64,000 nucleotides of DNA, from positions 1 to 64,000 of the IMG/VR virus record IMGVR_UViG_3300028840_008160. One strand, written 5' to 3'. The notes beneath the pieces were generated by a model. The model was not told the DNA's origin. It searched no databases and saw only the letters and a program-made list of their open reading frames with translations. Of the stretch, positions 1 to 8,552 are shown piece by piece (position 1 is the first letter of the stretch; each line of letters starts with the position of its first letter). A program made the translations under genes and the position numbers.

Positions 1-1209
1 TCAGTTTTACAAAGAAGCGTGCCACCATTTGAAGCAGTTTATATTTCAGATACACCCGTAGTTGATCCGTTAAGTACTGTAGCTTTTGGTCAGACATTTG
101 GTCCTATGCCTGCGTGGGATAGTGCTACTCTATCTGATTTTAACGTGTTAGCGGGATACGGCGTTGGTGCTCCTGGAAGCTGGGCGACAACAACGGCACC
201 AAATTGGGCTTCAACATATCCAAAAACCGGTACCATTGGTGGAACGTCTGTAGAAATCCTTGCTAAAATTGATATGGATGGTGCTGCTTACGCGGTAGTA
301 GTACCTGATGGAGCTGCAGCTCCTACATCACAACAAGTAAAAGATGGCGAAGATAGTACAGGAACGCCTGTTGCTGCTGGTTTTGCTAATTCAGTAGCTT
401 TAACTGCTGATGTTGAAAGTAATATGTTTGTGACAAATTTAACATCAGAGACTGCTTATGATGTTTATGTCGTAGCAGAATCATCAACACTACAAGATAA
501 TCCTGTTAAGTTAGACATTACAACTAGCGACATTACAGATCCTATTAATGCAGCTGGTTATCCTAAGCTTAGTACAATTGAAGAAACATTAGCTGGTATT
601 TTGGCTAAGATAAATGAAGCTGGTACAGGATATTTTGTTGTTGTTCCTAAAGATGCAGATGCTCCTTCACCTGCACAAGTAAAAGCTGGGCAAGATAGCA
701 CAGGTACAGCAGTTAATACAGGATTTTATGGAAGTGGGATACTTTCAGCTAATGTTGAAACAGAATTAATAGCGACTAATTTGTCAATTGGTACACAGTA
801 TGATATGTACTTTATTGCTGAGGATTCCTCGCTTAATCTGCAAGATGTTGTGTCAATGGTACAAGTTTCAACATTATCTAAAATTATCAACCAGATTAAC
901 ATACCATCTTCATATGTAGGATCATATGTGACGATTAAGTTGAATAGATTGATTGTTACTACTGATAGAGTTTATCCTACAGATTTTACATTGGTGTCTG
1001 TTGTTGGTAGTGGTTATGAAGTTGTAACATCTGCTGCTACTGAGTTTAAAATTAAAATTCTAGCTGCTGTTTCTAGTCAATGTAAAGTATCGATTAAAGT
1101 TAATGATGGTGTTAATACAAGTAATGTTTATGAATACATTATTAATGTTGTTCCGGGAAATGAGAGACTTAAGAGCAAGCCTGTTGGATATACTATTTTA
1201 ACTAAGTAA
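1..1209 (+). CDS. Virion/surface protein with two tandem ~115-aa beta-rich repeats (5'-truncated by the window)
   Basis: Frame is open from base 1. Repeats YPK...ILAKIDMDGAAYAVVVPDGAAAPTSQQVKDGEDSTG and YPK...ILAKINEAGTGYFVVVPKDADAPSPAQVKAGQDSTG; Ig-like tail ending KVNDGVNTS. Confidence 0.55.
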   Translation, partial: SVLQRSVPPFEAVYISDTPVVDPLSTVAFGQTFGPMPAWDSATLSDFNVLAGYGVGAPGSWATTTAPNWASTYPKTGTIGGTSVEILAKIDMDGAAYAVVVPDGAAAPTSQQVKDGEDSTGTPVAAGFANSVALTADVESNMFVTNLTSETAYDVYVVAESSTLQDNPVKLDITTSDITDPINAAGYPKLSTIEETLAGILAKINEAGTGYFVVVPKDADAPSPAQVKAGQDSTGTAVNTGFYGSGILSANVETELIATNLSIGTQYDMYFIAEDSSLNLQDVVSMVQVSTLSKIINQINIPSSYVGSYVTIKLNRLIVTTDRVYPTDFTLVSVVGSGYEVVTSAATEFKIKILAAVSSQCKVSIKVNDGVNTSNVYEYIINVVPGNERLKSKPVGYTILTK

Positions 1210-1297
1210 CAGCAACAAGTTGCATTTTTGGATGTCATGGTTTTTAATCGTAAGTTTCGTTTTGCGCTTTTTATGTACAAAATCAAAAATTTTTTCT

Positions 1298-1447
1298 CGC
1301 GTGCGCGCGTGCGCGCAAATCTACTCTATTTACTCTACTGTAATAGCCGCGCGCGCTACGCGCGCGTAAAGTAGAAAGAAAAGTAAGAGAGCAGTATCAG
1401 CGCTTTGGTATTAGTAGTACGCGCGCGAGTACGCGTGCGCGAGAGCG
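1298..1447. repeat. Cluster of alternating CG/purine-pyrimidine tracts and palindromes in an intergenic region
   Basis: cgcgtgcgcgcgtgcgcgca at 1298-1317, cgcgcgcgc at 1348-1356, perfect palindrome tacgcgcgcgta at 1357-1368, tacgcgcgcg at 1418-1427, tacgcgtgcgcg at 1430-1441, all in an otherwise AT-rich genome. Confidence 0.85.
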
Positions 1448-1561
1448 AAAGCATCTGACAACACTAGCTTTGAGTATGAGCGATCATCAATTTAATAACT
1501 ATGATTTTAATACTTCGACAATAGAAGTGATTATTTTCTTTTTAAGCTTATAGAGGAGATT

Positions 1562-1882
1562 ATGACGTTAAAAAATAGTCCAAACTTTTTTGCTGCTGAG
1601 TTTCTAACAAATATTATTATAATGTTTTACGAGCGCATAAAACCAGCTCGCTTAGCAAAGGAAAATAAAGAATTAGTATGTATTGAATTAAGCAGTTCTT
1701 TGGTCGCTTGTTATTATGCATGTCTTCGGGGTCAAGCGACTAGAGCTAATTGTCCAAATGTAACAGAAGACATAAATAAATTTGTTAGACAACTGTATGA
1801 TGTTGCTGATTTGCACACGTATAATATAGTGCCTAATTTTGTTGTGATGATTGATGAGAAAGTAGATGAGGCAGTCGAATGA
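1562..1882 (+). CDS. Hypothetical protein
   Basis: Strong RBS (gaggag) before ATG; stop overlaps next start (ATGA). Confidence 0.6.
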   Translation: MTLKNSPNFFAAEFLTNIIIMFYERIKPARLAKENKELVCIELSSSLVACYYACLRGQATRANCPNVTEDINKFVRQLYDVADLHTYNIVPNFVVMIDEKVDEAVE

Positions 1883-2064
1883 TTTTGACAATAGCTTATG
1901 ATGTAGTACTTGGCATTGATACAAGAGTTTTTAAACTAGTTAAAAATGAGACTATTGAAGTCCTTGAAGAAGTAGATAAATATAGTAGAGTAAAAGTATT
2001 GATACAGCAACAAGAAGTTTTGATTAACAAGCAGATGTTAGACCGAATTGTTAATAGTCATTAA
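1879..2064 (+). CDS. Small hypothetical protein
   Basis: ATGA coupling to upstream ORF; 61 aa. Confidence 0.5.
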   Translation: MILTIAYDVVLGIDTRVFKLVKNETIEVLEEVDKYSRVKVLIQQQEVLINKQMLDRIVNSH

Positions 2065-2834
2065 ATTCTTTTTGAATATTCGCAATTTCTACAAATAACT
2101 GGTTCATCCTCTGATTTTACACGCCTTAAAAAGTCATTATATTCTATTGTGTTGAATAAGTCGTTGTAATAACGATCAAATATGTTGCCGATTTTGTGCT
2201 TAAGACTAAAGTCGCAACAACATATATAGACATCTCCATTTGGTAGGCATACGTTGTTTACGTATTTGAATGGTAGTTGATGAACTTTTTGACATGTTAT
2301 TGGGCCAGACTTATAATTGACATTGAAATTTAAATTGTTTGCTCGTGAAATAATTGGTAATTTTAGGACTGATAAATCATTAAAGTCATTAGTTGGCTGA
2401 CCGAGTGACACGAAAATAATTTTGGAGTTGTGTTTGCTGATTAATTCTATGTTTTGCAATATGACAGTTGAGTCAGTTATGAAATGATTGTTGTCTGGCA
2501 AATGCACACATATTGTAGCTTTTGACCATATAGATAAATCTATATCTTCTAGTTTTATCGATAATGTAGTATAAATCATACAAGGTCTATTGTCGCGAAT
2601 AGTTTTATCTATCATTTTAAAACTGTCTGGATTTTGTAATGGTTCACAAAAGCCAGCAAAGTCAATTTGCACATGTTTAGGTAAATTGTTTAGTATTTGA
2701 CAAAAGTTAGTAAATGATAAAGTTGGTTGTCCTTTGTACACTTTGATAAGATTGTTTTGTGGACAACAGCTGCAGTGGTTTATGCATGGGATTGCAGTTG
2801 TTATTTCAAAAGTAGGATAATTTGCAAATGTCAT
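2061..2834 (-). CDS. Radical SAM protein with SPASM/twitch domain
   Basis: CxxxCxxC (CINHCSCC), GFCEPL, C-terminal LPNGDVYICCCD...IGNI...CRNC. Confidence 0.8.
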   Translation of the reverse strand: MTFANYPTFEITTAIPCINHCSCCPQNNLIKVYKGQPTLSFTNFCQILNNLPKHVQIDFAGFCEPLQNPDSFKMIDKTIRDNRPCMIYTTLSIKLEDIDLSIWSKATICVHLPDNNHFITDSTVILQNIELISKHNSKIIFVSLGQPTNDFNDLSVLKLPIISRANNLNFNVNYKSGPITCQKVHQLPFKYVNNVCLPNGDVYICCCDFSLKHKIGNIFDRYYNDLFNTIEYNDFLRRVKSEDEPVICRNCEYSKRI

Positions 2835-3307
2835 AGTATGAATCCATCATACGGTTCTGTTGTTCTAATAAATTCTTCAGTAAATTCTTTTCCTCGCTCT
2901 TGTAGAACTTCTTTAATCATCGAGATATAATAAGATGGTATAATTCCATTTTGTGACGGGTTTATTGTAACAAAGGCAAAAATTCGATCACTCTTACCAA
3001 TTTCTAAGGTTGTCATGACATTTGTTGTAACATTTTTGAAAGCGTAACATTTTCCAACCATTTCTGATTTGCATAAAGGCGCTATATCATCTTTTGATAT
3101 TTTGAAGATGATGCCGTTGATATGCGTTGATATTTGAGATTCAATGCCTAAAAATAGTTTGCCTTCCCAAACTGTGTTCCATGCACGTTTAAAGTAACAT
3201 AATTTAGCTTGATGAAGGTCTTTATTTTTGTAAGTTTTTTTGAGACCTCTGCCATTAATTCCGGCAATAGATGCTAAAGTACAATACCCAAAAATGTAGT
3301 ACGACAT
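2831..3307 (-). CDS. Gamma-glutamylcyclotransferase-like (GGCT/ChaC/AIG2 fold) protein
   Basis: N-terminal YIFGYCTL resembles YxFxYGSL; INGIIF...LCKSE...Y pattern. Confidence 0.5.
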   Translation of the reverse strand: MSYYIFGYCTLASIAGINGRGLKKTYKNKDLHQAKLCYFKRAWNTVWEGKLFLGIESQISTHINGIIFKISKDDIAPLCKSEMVGKCYAFKNVTTNVMTTLEIGKSDRIFAFVTINPSQNGIIPSYYISMIKEVLQERGKEFTEEFIRTTEPYDGFIL

Positions 3308-3309
3308 AC

Positions 3310-3852
3310 TTATTTGTTGAGAAGTTTTTGAAGTCGTAAAAACATAACTGAAACTTGTGGATCTTTACTTTCTTCTACATTTGATGTTTCAGCCCAAACG
3401 CATGCAGCTTTCTTTTCTAATTCTGAACCGTCACCTGTAGCTTCGCCACGATCTTTGTCTGTAAGATTTATTGTGTATAGATAGTAAACTGTGTCGGCAG
3501 ATTTTGAAGCAAAACTAGTTCCAAGACTGATTAGTTCATTTTTATCAGCTTTGTAACCACCTTCTTCTTTTAGTTCCATTATAGCAGTGTCTCTAGGGTC
3601 GCCGCCTTCAAATCCACCCGTAATTGAACTAATGTATTGATTTAATCCCCAACAAGGTGTGACTTCATTTCTGAGAAGAAGTTCAATACCAGAAGATGTT
3701 AGTCTGTATGGTAGTAAAGCAATGATTTTGCCTTCGCATCTTGATTCATGCGAGAAAAAATATCCATTAACACCATTTTCGGGATCAATCATTTTTTTGA
3801 GAGCAAGAAATGATTTGTCACCTACTTTTCCTTCGCAGATAGTCTCAATCAT
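3310..3852 (-). CDS. Nudix hydrolase
   Basis: Nudix-like box GGFEGGDPRDTAIMELKEEGGY (canonical Arg replaced by Met). Confidence 0.75.
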   Translation of the reverse strand: MIETICEGKVGDKSFLALKKMIDPENGVNGYFFSHESRCEGKIIALLPYRLTSSGIELLLRNEVTPCWGLNQYISSITGGFEGGDPRDTAIMELKEEGGYKADKNELISLGTSFASKSADTVYYLYTINLTDKDRGEATGDGSELEKKAACVWAETSNVEESKDPQVSVMFLRLQKLLNK

Positions 3853-3861
3853 TATGTCCTC

Positions 3862-4131
3862 CTAATATGCATCACTAAAGCCGTCTTTGAATAATTGTGT
3901 AAGAATTTTTGCCACTTGTTGTTCGTCTTTTCCGCTAATTGTTATGTTTATTTTTGCGCCTTTGTTAGCAACTAATGTCATGAGATTCATAATACTTCTA
4001 GCATTAACAGACACGCCGGCATTTTTCATTATAACAGTTGACTTGTAGTTACGCAATGTCTCTACTATTAGGGCCGATGGCCTTGCGTGAAGGCCCAGTT
4101 CGTTTGTGATTTTTAGGGTTATTTGTACCAC
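3862..4131 (-). CDS. ptsH: Phosphocarrier protein HPr
   Basis: GLHARPS with His at position 15 and NARSIM with Ser at position 46; 89 aa; C-terminal SGKDEQQ. Confidence 0.9.
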   Translation of the reverse strand: MVQITLKITNELGLHARPSALIVETLRNYKSTVIMKNAGVSVNARSIMNLMTLVANKGAKINITISGKDEQQVAKILTQLFKDGFSDAY

Positions 4132-4414
4132 TGCGTTTCTCCAGTTTTTTGTATATTTGCATTAGATCATCATCTTGTAAAAAATGATCGCATTGTTCTT
4201 TAATTTTGTGTCGACATTTTTCATGTTTGCAAATTTTACAAACTGATTTGTCCCAATTTCGTCTAAAGTCTTTTGCGAACATTTTTGTCCACGATGTCTC
4301 GTCTTTAGCAATTAAATCAGTTTTAATATGTTTGCTAATAGCGCTGCGTTCTGCTGTGACGAAATTTTTAAAAATAATATCATAAGGAGGAATTTTTCGT
4401 TGGTGTGTTTTCAT
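4049..4414 (-). CDS. Hypothetical protein with a Cys cluster (CKICKHEKC)
   Basis: Strong RBS (aaggagga) upstream; 3' end overlaps the HPr start by about 80 bp. Confidence 0.55.
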   Translation of the reverse strand: MKTHQRKIPPYDIIFKNFVTAERSAISKHIKTDLIAKDETSWTKMFAKDFRRNWDKSVCKICKHEKCRHKIKEQCDHFLQDDDLMQIYKKLEKRSGTNNPKNHKRTGPSRKAIGPNSRDIA

Positions 4415-4439
4415 AGTTGCTCCTCCTTAAAGAGAATAG

Positions 4440-4467
4440 TGGCCTCTACTTTATCAAGTAAAGGCCA
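4440..4467 (-). terminator. Possible terminator hairpin
   Basis: tggcct(ct)act...agta(a)aggcca inverted repeat just downstream of the minus-strand ORF 4473-5177. Confidence 0.35.
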
Positions 4468-4472
4468 ACAAA

Positions 4473-5177
4473 TCAACTGAGTTTTTTAATAACATTAAGT
4501 ATGTCATCTTTAGCGTCTTTAATTTTATCATATCTTGCAACTTCTCGTTTTTCTGGATTGAAAATTGAATAGAAAAAGTCTCGACCATGGACTTGTCTAT
4601 CAATGTACCAATTTATATTATGTGCTGCGTATCGTAAGATTCCATTAATAGTTACAGGTCTTTTCCAGAAAATCTTGTCAGGTATATTTGATGAAAAATT
4701 TATGCCCATATAGTTAAAAATGTCGTCGATTGTATCACATTTTGCTAAATCTATTGATAAGTTAGTAACATCGTCTTTTGTTACAACTTTTTGTGATTGA
4801 TCAATATGTACTAATTCTTTTGGCATAGACTTTTTAGTGACAGTTCGAAACTTTTGTTGACGTTCATGCGCTTCAATACTAGATATCACTTGTTCATACA
4901 CATCAAGAAATTGCTGTACAAAATATTTCTCTTCATCATTATCTGAGTGTTCTATAATACTACGAAGGAAATCAGTCCAGCCTTCATTATTAATAACATT
5001 AATTGTATTGGGTAAGAACACTTTAGCTGAACCGACACGCACTGTTACACCAGAGATCTTTATAAGACCTTTGTTTGCTGCGTCTTGTAACATTTCTCTT
5101 GAACTATTATAGATGGACATAACAATCCTTTTATAGATGTATTCTAATAAGGATATGATCAATGATTTTACATGCAT
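4473..5177 (-). CDS. Hypothetical protein (true start probably 5120, MSIYN)
   Basis: Long ORF; aagga RBS precedes the internal Met. Confidence 0.6.
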   Translation of the reverse strand: MHVKSLIISLLEYIYKRIVMSIYNSSREMLQDAANKGLIKISGVTVRVGSAKVFLPNTINVINNEGWTDFLRSIIEHSDNDEEKYFVQQFLDVYEQVISSIEAHERQQKFRTVTKKSMPKELVHIDQSQKVVTKDDVTNLSIDLAKCDTIDDIFNYMGINFSSNIPDKIFWKRPVTINGILRYAAHNINWYIDRQVHGRDFFYSIFNPEKREVARYDKIKDAKDDILNVIKKLS

Positions 5178-5303
5178 GACAGTGATCCATCTTTGTAATA
5201 TGAATTGATTAATCGTATATGATTGTCTTTTTATTCTCCATCAATATACAATAGATTATGAAATGTTTGTCGATACACCTCTTTGGTGTTGATGATAGTG
5301 AGT

Positions 5304-5340
5304 AGGAGGAGTCAATGAAAATTGGCTCCTCCTTTTTCTT
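5304..5340 (+). terminator. Intrinsic terminator/attenuator-like hairpin upstream of the NAD cluster
   Basis: 13-bp stem aggaggagtcaat / attggctcctcct (one G-U), GAAA loop, followed by a T-run. Confidence 0.65.
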
Positions 5341-5365
5341 TGTTATTTGAAATGATTACAATGAT

Positions 5366-5587
5366 ATGGACACATCAGTTGGAAATCTACGAAAAATGTT
5401 AGAGAGTTTGCCAGATGAGGCAGACATTGTGACTGAAGATTGGGATGGTGCTGCTATTAGAAGAATGAATCATAGCACAAATGAGCCCTTAGCACTGGAA
5501 GAATTGCTTATGGTTCATGATGGTAGACTCTATATTGTCAATAAGCAAGCTACTGAAAACGAATGTCATCGATGGCAACGAGGTTGA
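5366..5587 (+). CDS. Small hypothetical protein
   Basis: 73-aa ORF directly upstream of pncB; VGNLRKMLESLPDEADI resembles common small phage proteins. Confidence 0.55.
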   Translation: MDTSVGNLRKMLESLPDEADIVTEDWDGAAIRRMNHSTNEPLALEELLMVHDGRLYIVNKQATENECHRWQRG

Positions 5588-5589
5588 CT

Positions 5590-6774
5590 ATGCAAGGACC
5601 AATAAGCGCAATCGACAATGATCAGTACAAGTTCTCAATGCAAAATGGTGTTGTGAAGTTGTTTCCTCGCGAAATTGTTCGATACGAGTTTTTTAATCGA
5701 GGCAAACATGAGTTTCCGGATGGATTTGCGAAACTTCTGCGTGAACTAGTAGATATGTATGCTGCTATTACATTTGTCAAAGATGACATCGATTTTTTTA
5801 GAGAAAAAGCTTACTATTTTGATCCTGCATATCATTCGTTTTTACGAGGCTACAGATATGATCCGTCAGAAGTGAAAATCATTCAAGAAGGTTACAATCT
5901 TCAAGTAATTGTGGAGGGCTTATGGCACAAAACAATTCTATGGGAAGTGCCGCTTATGGCATTGATCTGCGAATTGTATTATGAAATGACTAAACAACAA
6001 CCAAAAGACAGAAAAGAACGAGAGCAAATCAACAAAGAGAAAGTTATTGCTCTTACAAAATTGTTAATCAAAGCAGCAGAATTTGGAACAAGACGACGGT
6101 TTTCTTTTATTAATCAAAAAGAGTTTTTAATTGATGCTATAACTTATGGCAATTTTGCTGGACATAAACTTCTTTCTGGAACAAGCAATGTATATTTTGC
6201 ACGTGAACTTGATCTTCTATCAATAGGTACACAAGCTCATGAGTGGTACATGTTTCACGCTGCGAAGTATGGTTTTAGAATGGCTAACTTGCTCGGTATG
6301 GAAAACTGGGTTAAAGTATATAATGGAGATTTGGGAATAGTTCTTCCAGATACATTCACCACTGATGCTTTTCTCAAGTCTTTTAATACAATGTTTGCAA
6401 AGCTGTTCGACGGCAGTAGACAAGATAGTGATTGTCCGTTCGCATACACAGATAAATTTGTCAAACATTATCGTGATTTGAAAATTCCGTCACAACACAA
6501 AACAATTGTTTATTCTGACGGAATAAGCAGTGTTAAAACCGTGAGTGATATCAAGGAATATGCAACAGGAAAAGTGCAAGACGGATATGGTATTGGTACA
6601 TGGTTTACAAACGATGTTGGTCTTAAGCCGATGAATATCGTTATTAAGATGACAGCTGCATTTATAAACGGAGTATGGGTACCTACAATTAAGTTGTCTG
6701 ACGCAGCAACGAAGAATACAGGAGATCAGATTCAAATTGGAATTGCTAAACATGAATTAGGGATAAATGTATGA
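5590..6774 (+). CDS. pncB: Nicotinate phosphoribosyltransferase
   Basis: DNDQYKFSMQ, EFGTRRRFS, GTSN, GTQAHEW (phospho-His motif as in E. coli PncB), DTF, RQDS, GIGT, KLSD. Start placed at ATG 5590 after gagg; the track ORF starts at 5563. Confidence 0.92.
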   Translation: MQGPISAIDNDQYKFSMQNGVVKLFPREIVRYEFFNRGKHEFPDGFAKLLRELVDMYAAITFVKDDIDFFREKAYYFDPAYHSFLRGYRYDPSEVKIIQEGYNLQVIVEGLWHKTILWEVPLMALICELYYEMTKQQPKDRKEREQINKEKVIALTKLLIKAAEFGTRRRFSFINQKEFLIDAITYGNFAGHKLLSGTSNVYFARELDLLSIGTQAHEWYMFHAAKYGFRMANLLGMENWVKVYNGDLGIVLPDTFTTDAFLKSFNTMFAKLFDGSRQDSDCPFAYTDKFVKHYRDLKIPSQHKTIVYSDGISSVKTVSDIKEYATGKVQDGYGIGTWFTNDVGLKPMNIVIKMTAAFINGVWVPTIKLSDAATKNTGDQIQIGIAKHELGINV

Positions 6775-6887
6775 TAGCTTTCATCAGTTTAGTTTTTTTG
6801 TTGATATTATTGACAGACTTGTCAATTACGATAAAGAACATGTAAGAATTAGAATAATAATAGTGGAACAGAATAGGAAAAAAATGT

Positions 6888-7796
6888 ATGGACAACTTGG
6901 TGTATACGACAAAGATTAGTGATAGTGCTTATGCTTATGCAGTAAAGAAAATGCAAAACATTTTTCGTCAGTATTTAATTGATAACAATCGAAAAGCTGT
7001 TGTTATTGGAATGTCGGGTGGTATTGATAGTGCTCTAACTGCAGCTTTGGCTGGGCAAGTATGTGCAGAATTAGAAATACCGCTTGTTGGTAGAAGTCTA
7101 CCAATAATGACGAATAAACCTGATGAAGTAGAACGTGCCGCAAGAGCTGGTAAAATATTTTGTTCTAATTTTGGTGAAAAAGATTTAACTAGTGCATATA
7201 CTGCTTTACACGAATTGATGGATGACATTGATGCTAGCAGTGATGAGCAATTAACTTTGACAGTAAAGATTCGAGAAGGTAATATTAAAGCGCGAACAAG
7301 AATGATATATCTTTATGATCTTGCTAGAAAAAATGATGGATTGGTTTTGTCAACTGATAACTATACAGAATTAATGCTCGGTTTCTGGACACTTCATGGT
7401 GATGTAGGCGATTTTGGATTACTTCAGAATATTTGGAAAACAGAAGTATATGAAATGGCAAGATTTTTATGTCGCGCAGGATTAGATGATGATGCTATTC
7501 AAATACTAAAAGACACTATTACTGCTGTTCCGACAGATGGTTTAGGAATTACAAATAGTGATTTAGATCAGCTTGGAGCAGGCAGCTATGAAGAGGTTGA
7601 CAAAATTTTGATGACATATTTATCTGGTTCAAGAAAAGAATATATGAATCATCCAGTTATCATAAGACATTTGACATCTGTTTATAAGAGAGCGAATCCT
7701 GTTAATATAGCTAGAAAAGATATTCTTCCTTCTGTTTATAAGAGAGCGAATCCTGTTAATATAGCTAGAAAAGATATTCTTCCTTTAACAGCATGA
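6888..7796 (+). CDS. nadE: NH3-dependent NAD+ synthetase
   Basis: PP-loop SGGIDS, GNIKARTRM, TDNYTE, GFWTLHGDVGD, KTEV, PTDGL; no glutaminase domain. Confidence 0.92.
   Translation: MDNLVYTTKISDSAYAYAVKKMQNIFRQYLIDNNRKAVVIGMSGGIDSALTAALAGQVCAELEIPLVGRSLPIMTNKPDEVERAARAGKIFCSNFGEKDLTSAYTALHELMDDIDASSDEQLTLTVKIREGNIKARTRMIYLYDLARKNDGLVLSTDNYTELMLGFWTLHGDVGDFGLLQNIWKTEVYEMARFLCRAGLDDDAIQILKDTITAVPTDGLGITNSDLDQLGAGSYEEVDKILMTYLSGSRKEYMNHPVIIRHLTSVYKRANPVNIARKDILPSVYKRANPVNIARKDILPLTA
7677..7784 (+). repeat. Perfect 54-bp in-frame tandem duplication in the nadE 3' end
   Basis: tctgtttataagagagcgaatcctgttaatatagctagaaaagatattcttcct at 7677-7730 and 7731-7784 (SVYKRANPVNIARKDILP x2). Confidence 0.95.
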
Positions 7797-7802
7797 GATT
7801 TT

Positions 7803-8552
7803 ATGTGGATAAAGAATCAAGCAATCATCGTCGGAACTGATCACATTCATACTAAGACTAATCGTCAAGATTATGTATTAACTTATAGTGATAGAGATAT
7901 TACATGCGGCGTTGTGTGTGACGGTTGCAGTTCTGGACAATTTTCTGAATTTGGTGCATGTTTTATTGCAAATTTAGTAATAAAATTATTGAAAACTAAT
8001 CGAGAAGCAACTGCTGAATTGTTGACAGTTGAAATGATGATTGAAATAAAACGTGCTATAGACAGCGTTCTTTTTTTACTTCATGATTATTCAACAACAT
8101 TGCCTATAGATATAGCACATTTTATTGAACATCATTTTTTATCGACATTTGTTTTTTGCATGATAGCTGGTGATAGAATTATCATAGGTCGTTGCGGTGA
8201 TGGCTTGACGATTGTAAATGGTATAGCTGACATTGCTGATCAGAAGAATGCGCCGCATTATATTGCGTATAACAATGTGCCGAAATTTTTGTTATCAACG
8301 TCAGATTTGAATGGCATTGAAATACAGGTATTAAATGAAGTAGAGGTGAACAGCATTGTTATTGGTACAGATGGATTGGTGCCGCTTCTAGAAGCTAATG
8401 AAGGTCATGAATTGTTTGGAACTGAGAAGAGACAGTTACAACGGAAATTTAATGTATGGCAAAATAAAAGACAGTTATTTCATGATGATGTTTCATGCGT
8501 TGTTTTTGAAAAGGTGAAGAATGAAGATAGTATTATGCGGGCAAACGATTGA
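7803..8552 (+). CDS. PP2C-family protein phosphatase (TerY-P/YegK-like)
   Basis: G.DH...NRQD, VVCDGCSS, GDG, GTDGL and DDVS metal-binding motifs. Confidence 0.8.
   Translation: MWIKNQAIIVGTDHIHTKTNRQDYVLTYSDRDITCGVVCDGCSSGQFSEFGACFIANLVIKLLKTNREATAELLTVEMMIEIKRAIDSVLFLLHDYSTTLPIDIAHFIEHHFLSTFVFCMIAGDRIIIGRCGDGLTIVNGIADIADQKNAPHYIAYNNVPKFLLSTSDLNGIEIQVLNEVEVNSIVIGTDGLVPLLEANEGHELFGTEKRQLQRKFNVWQNKRQLFHDDVSCVVFEKVKNEDSIMRAND

Noticed and set aside
5590-6774. Nampt (NadV), which would make this a NARP2 pathway
   Set aside because: Motifs (EFGTRRRFS, GTQAHEW) match nicotinate PRTase PncB, and NadE plus a nicotinamidase only make sense for the deamidated route.
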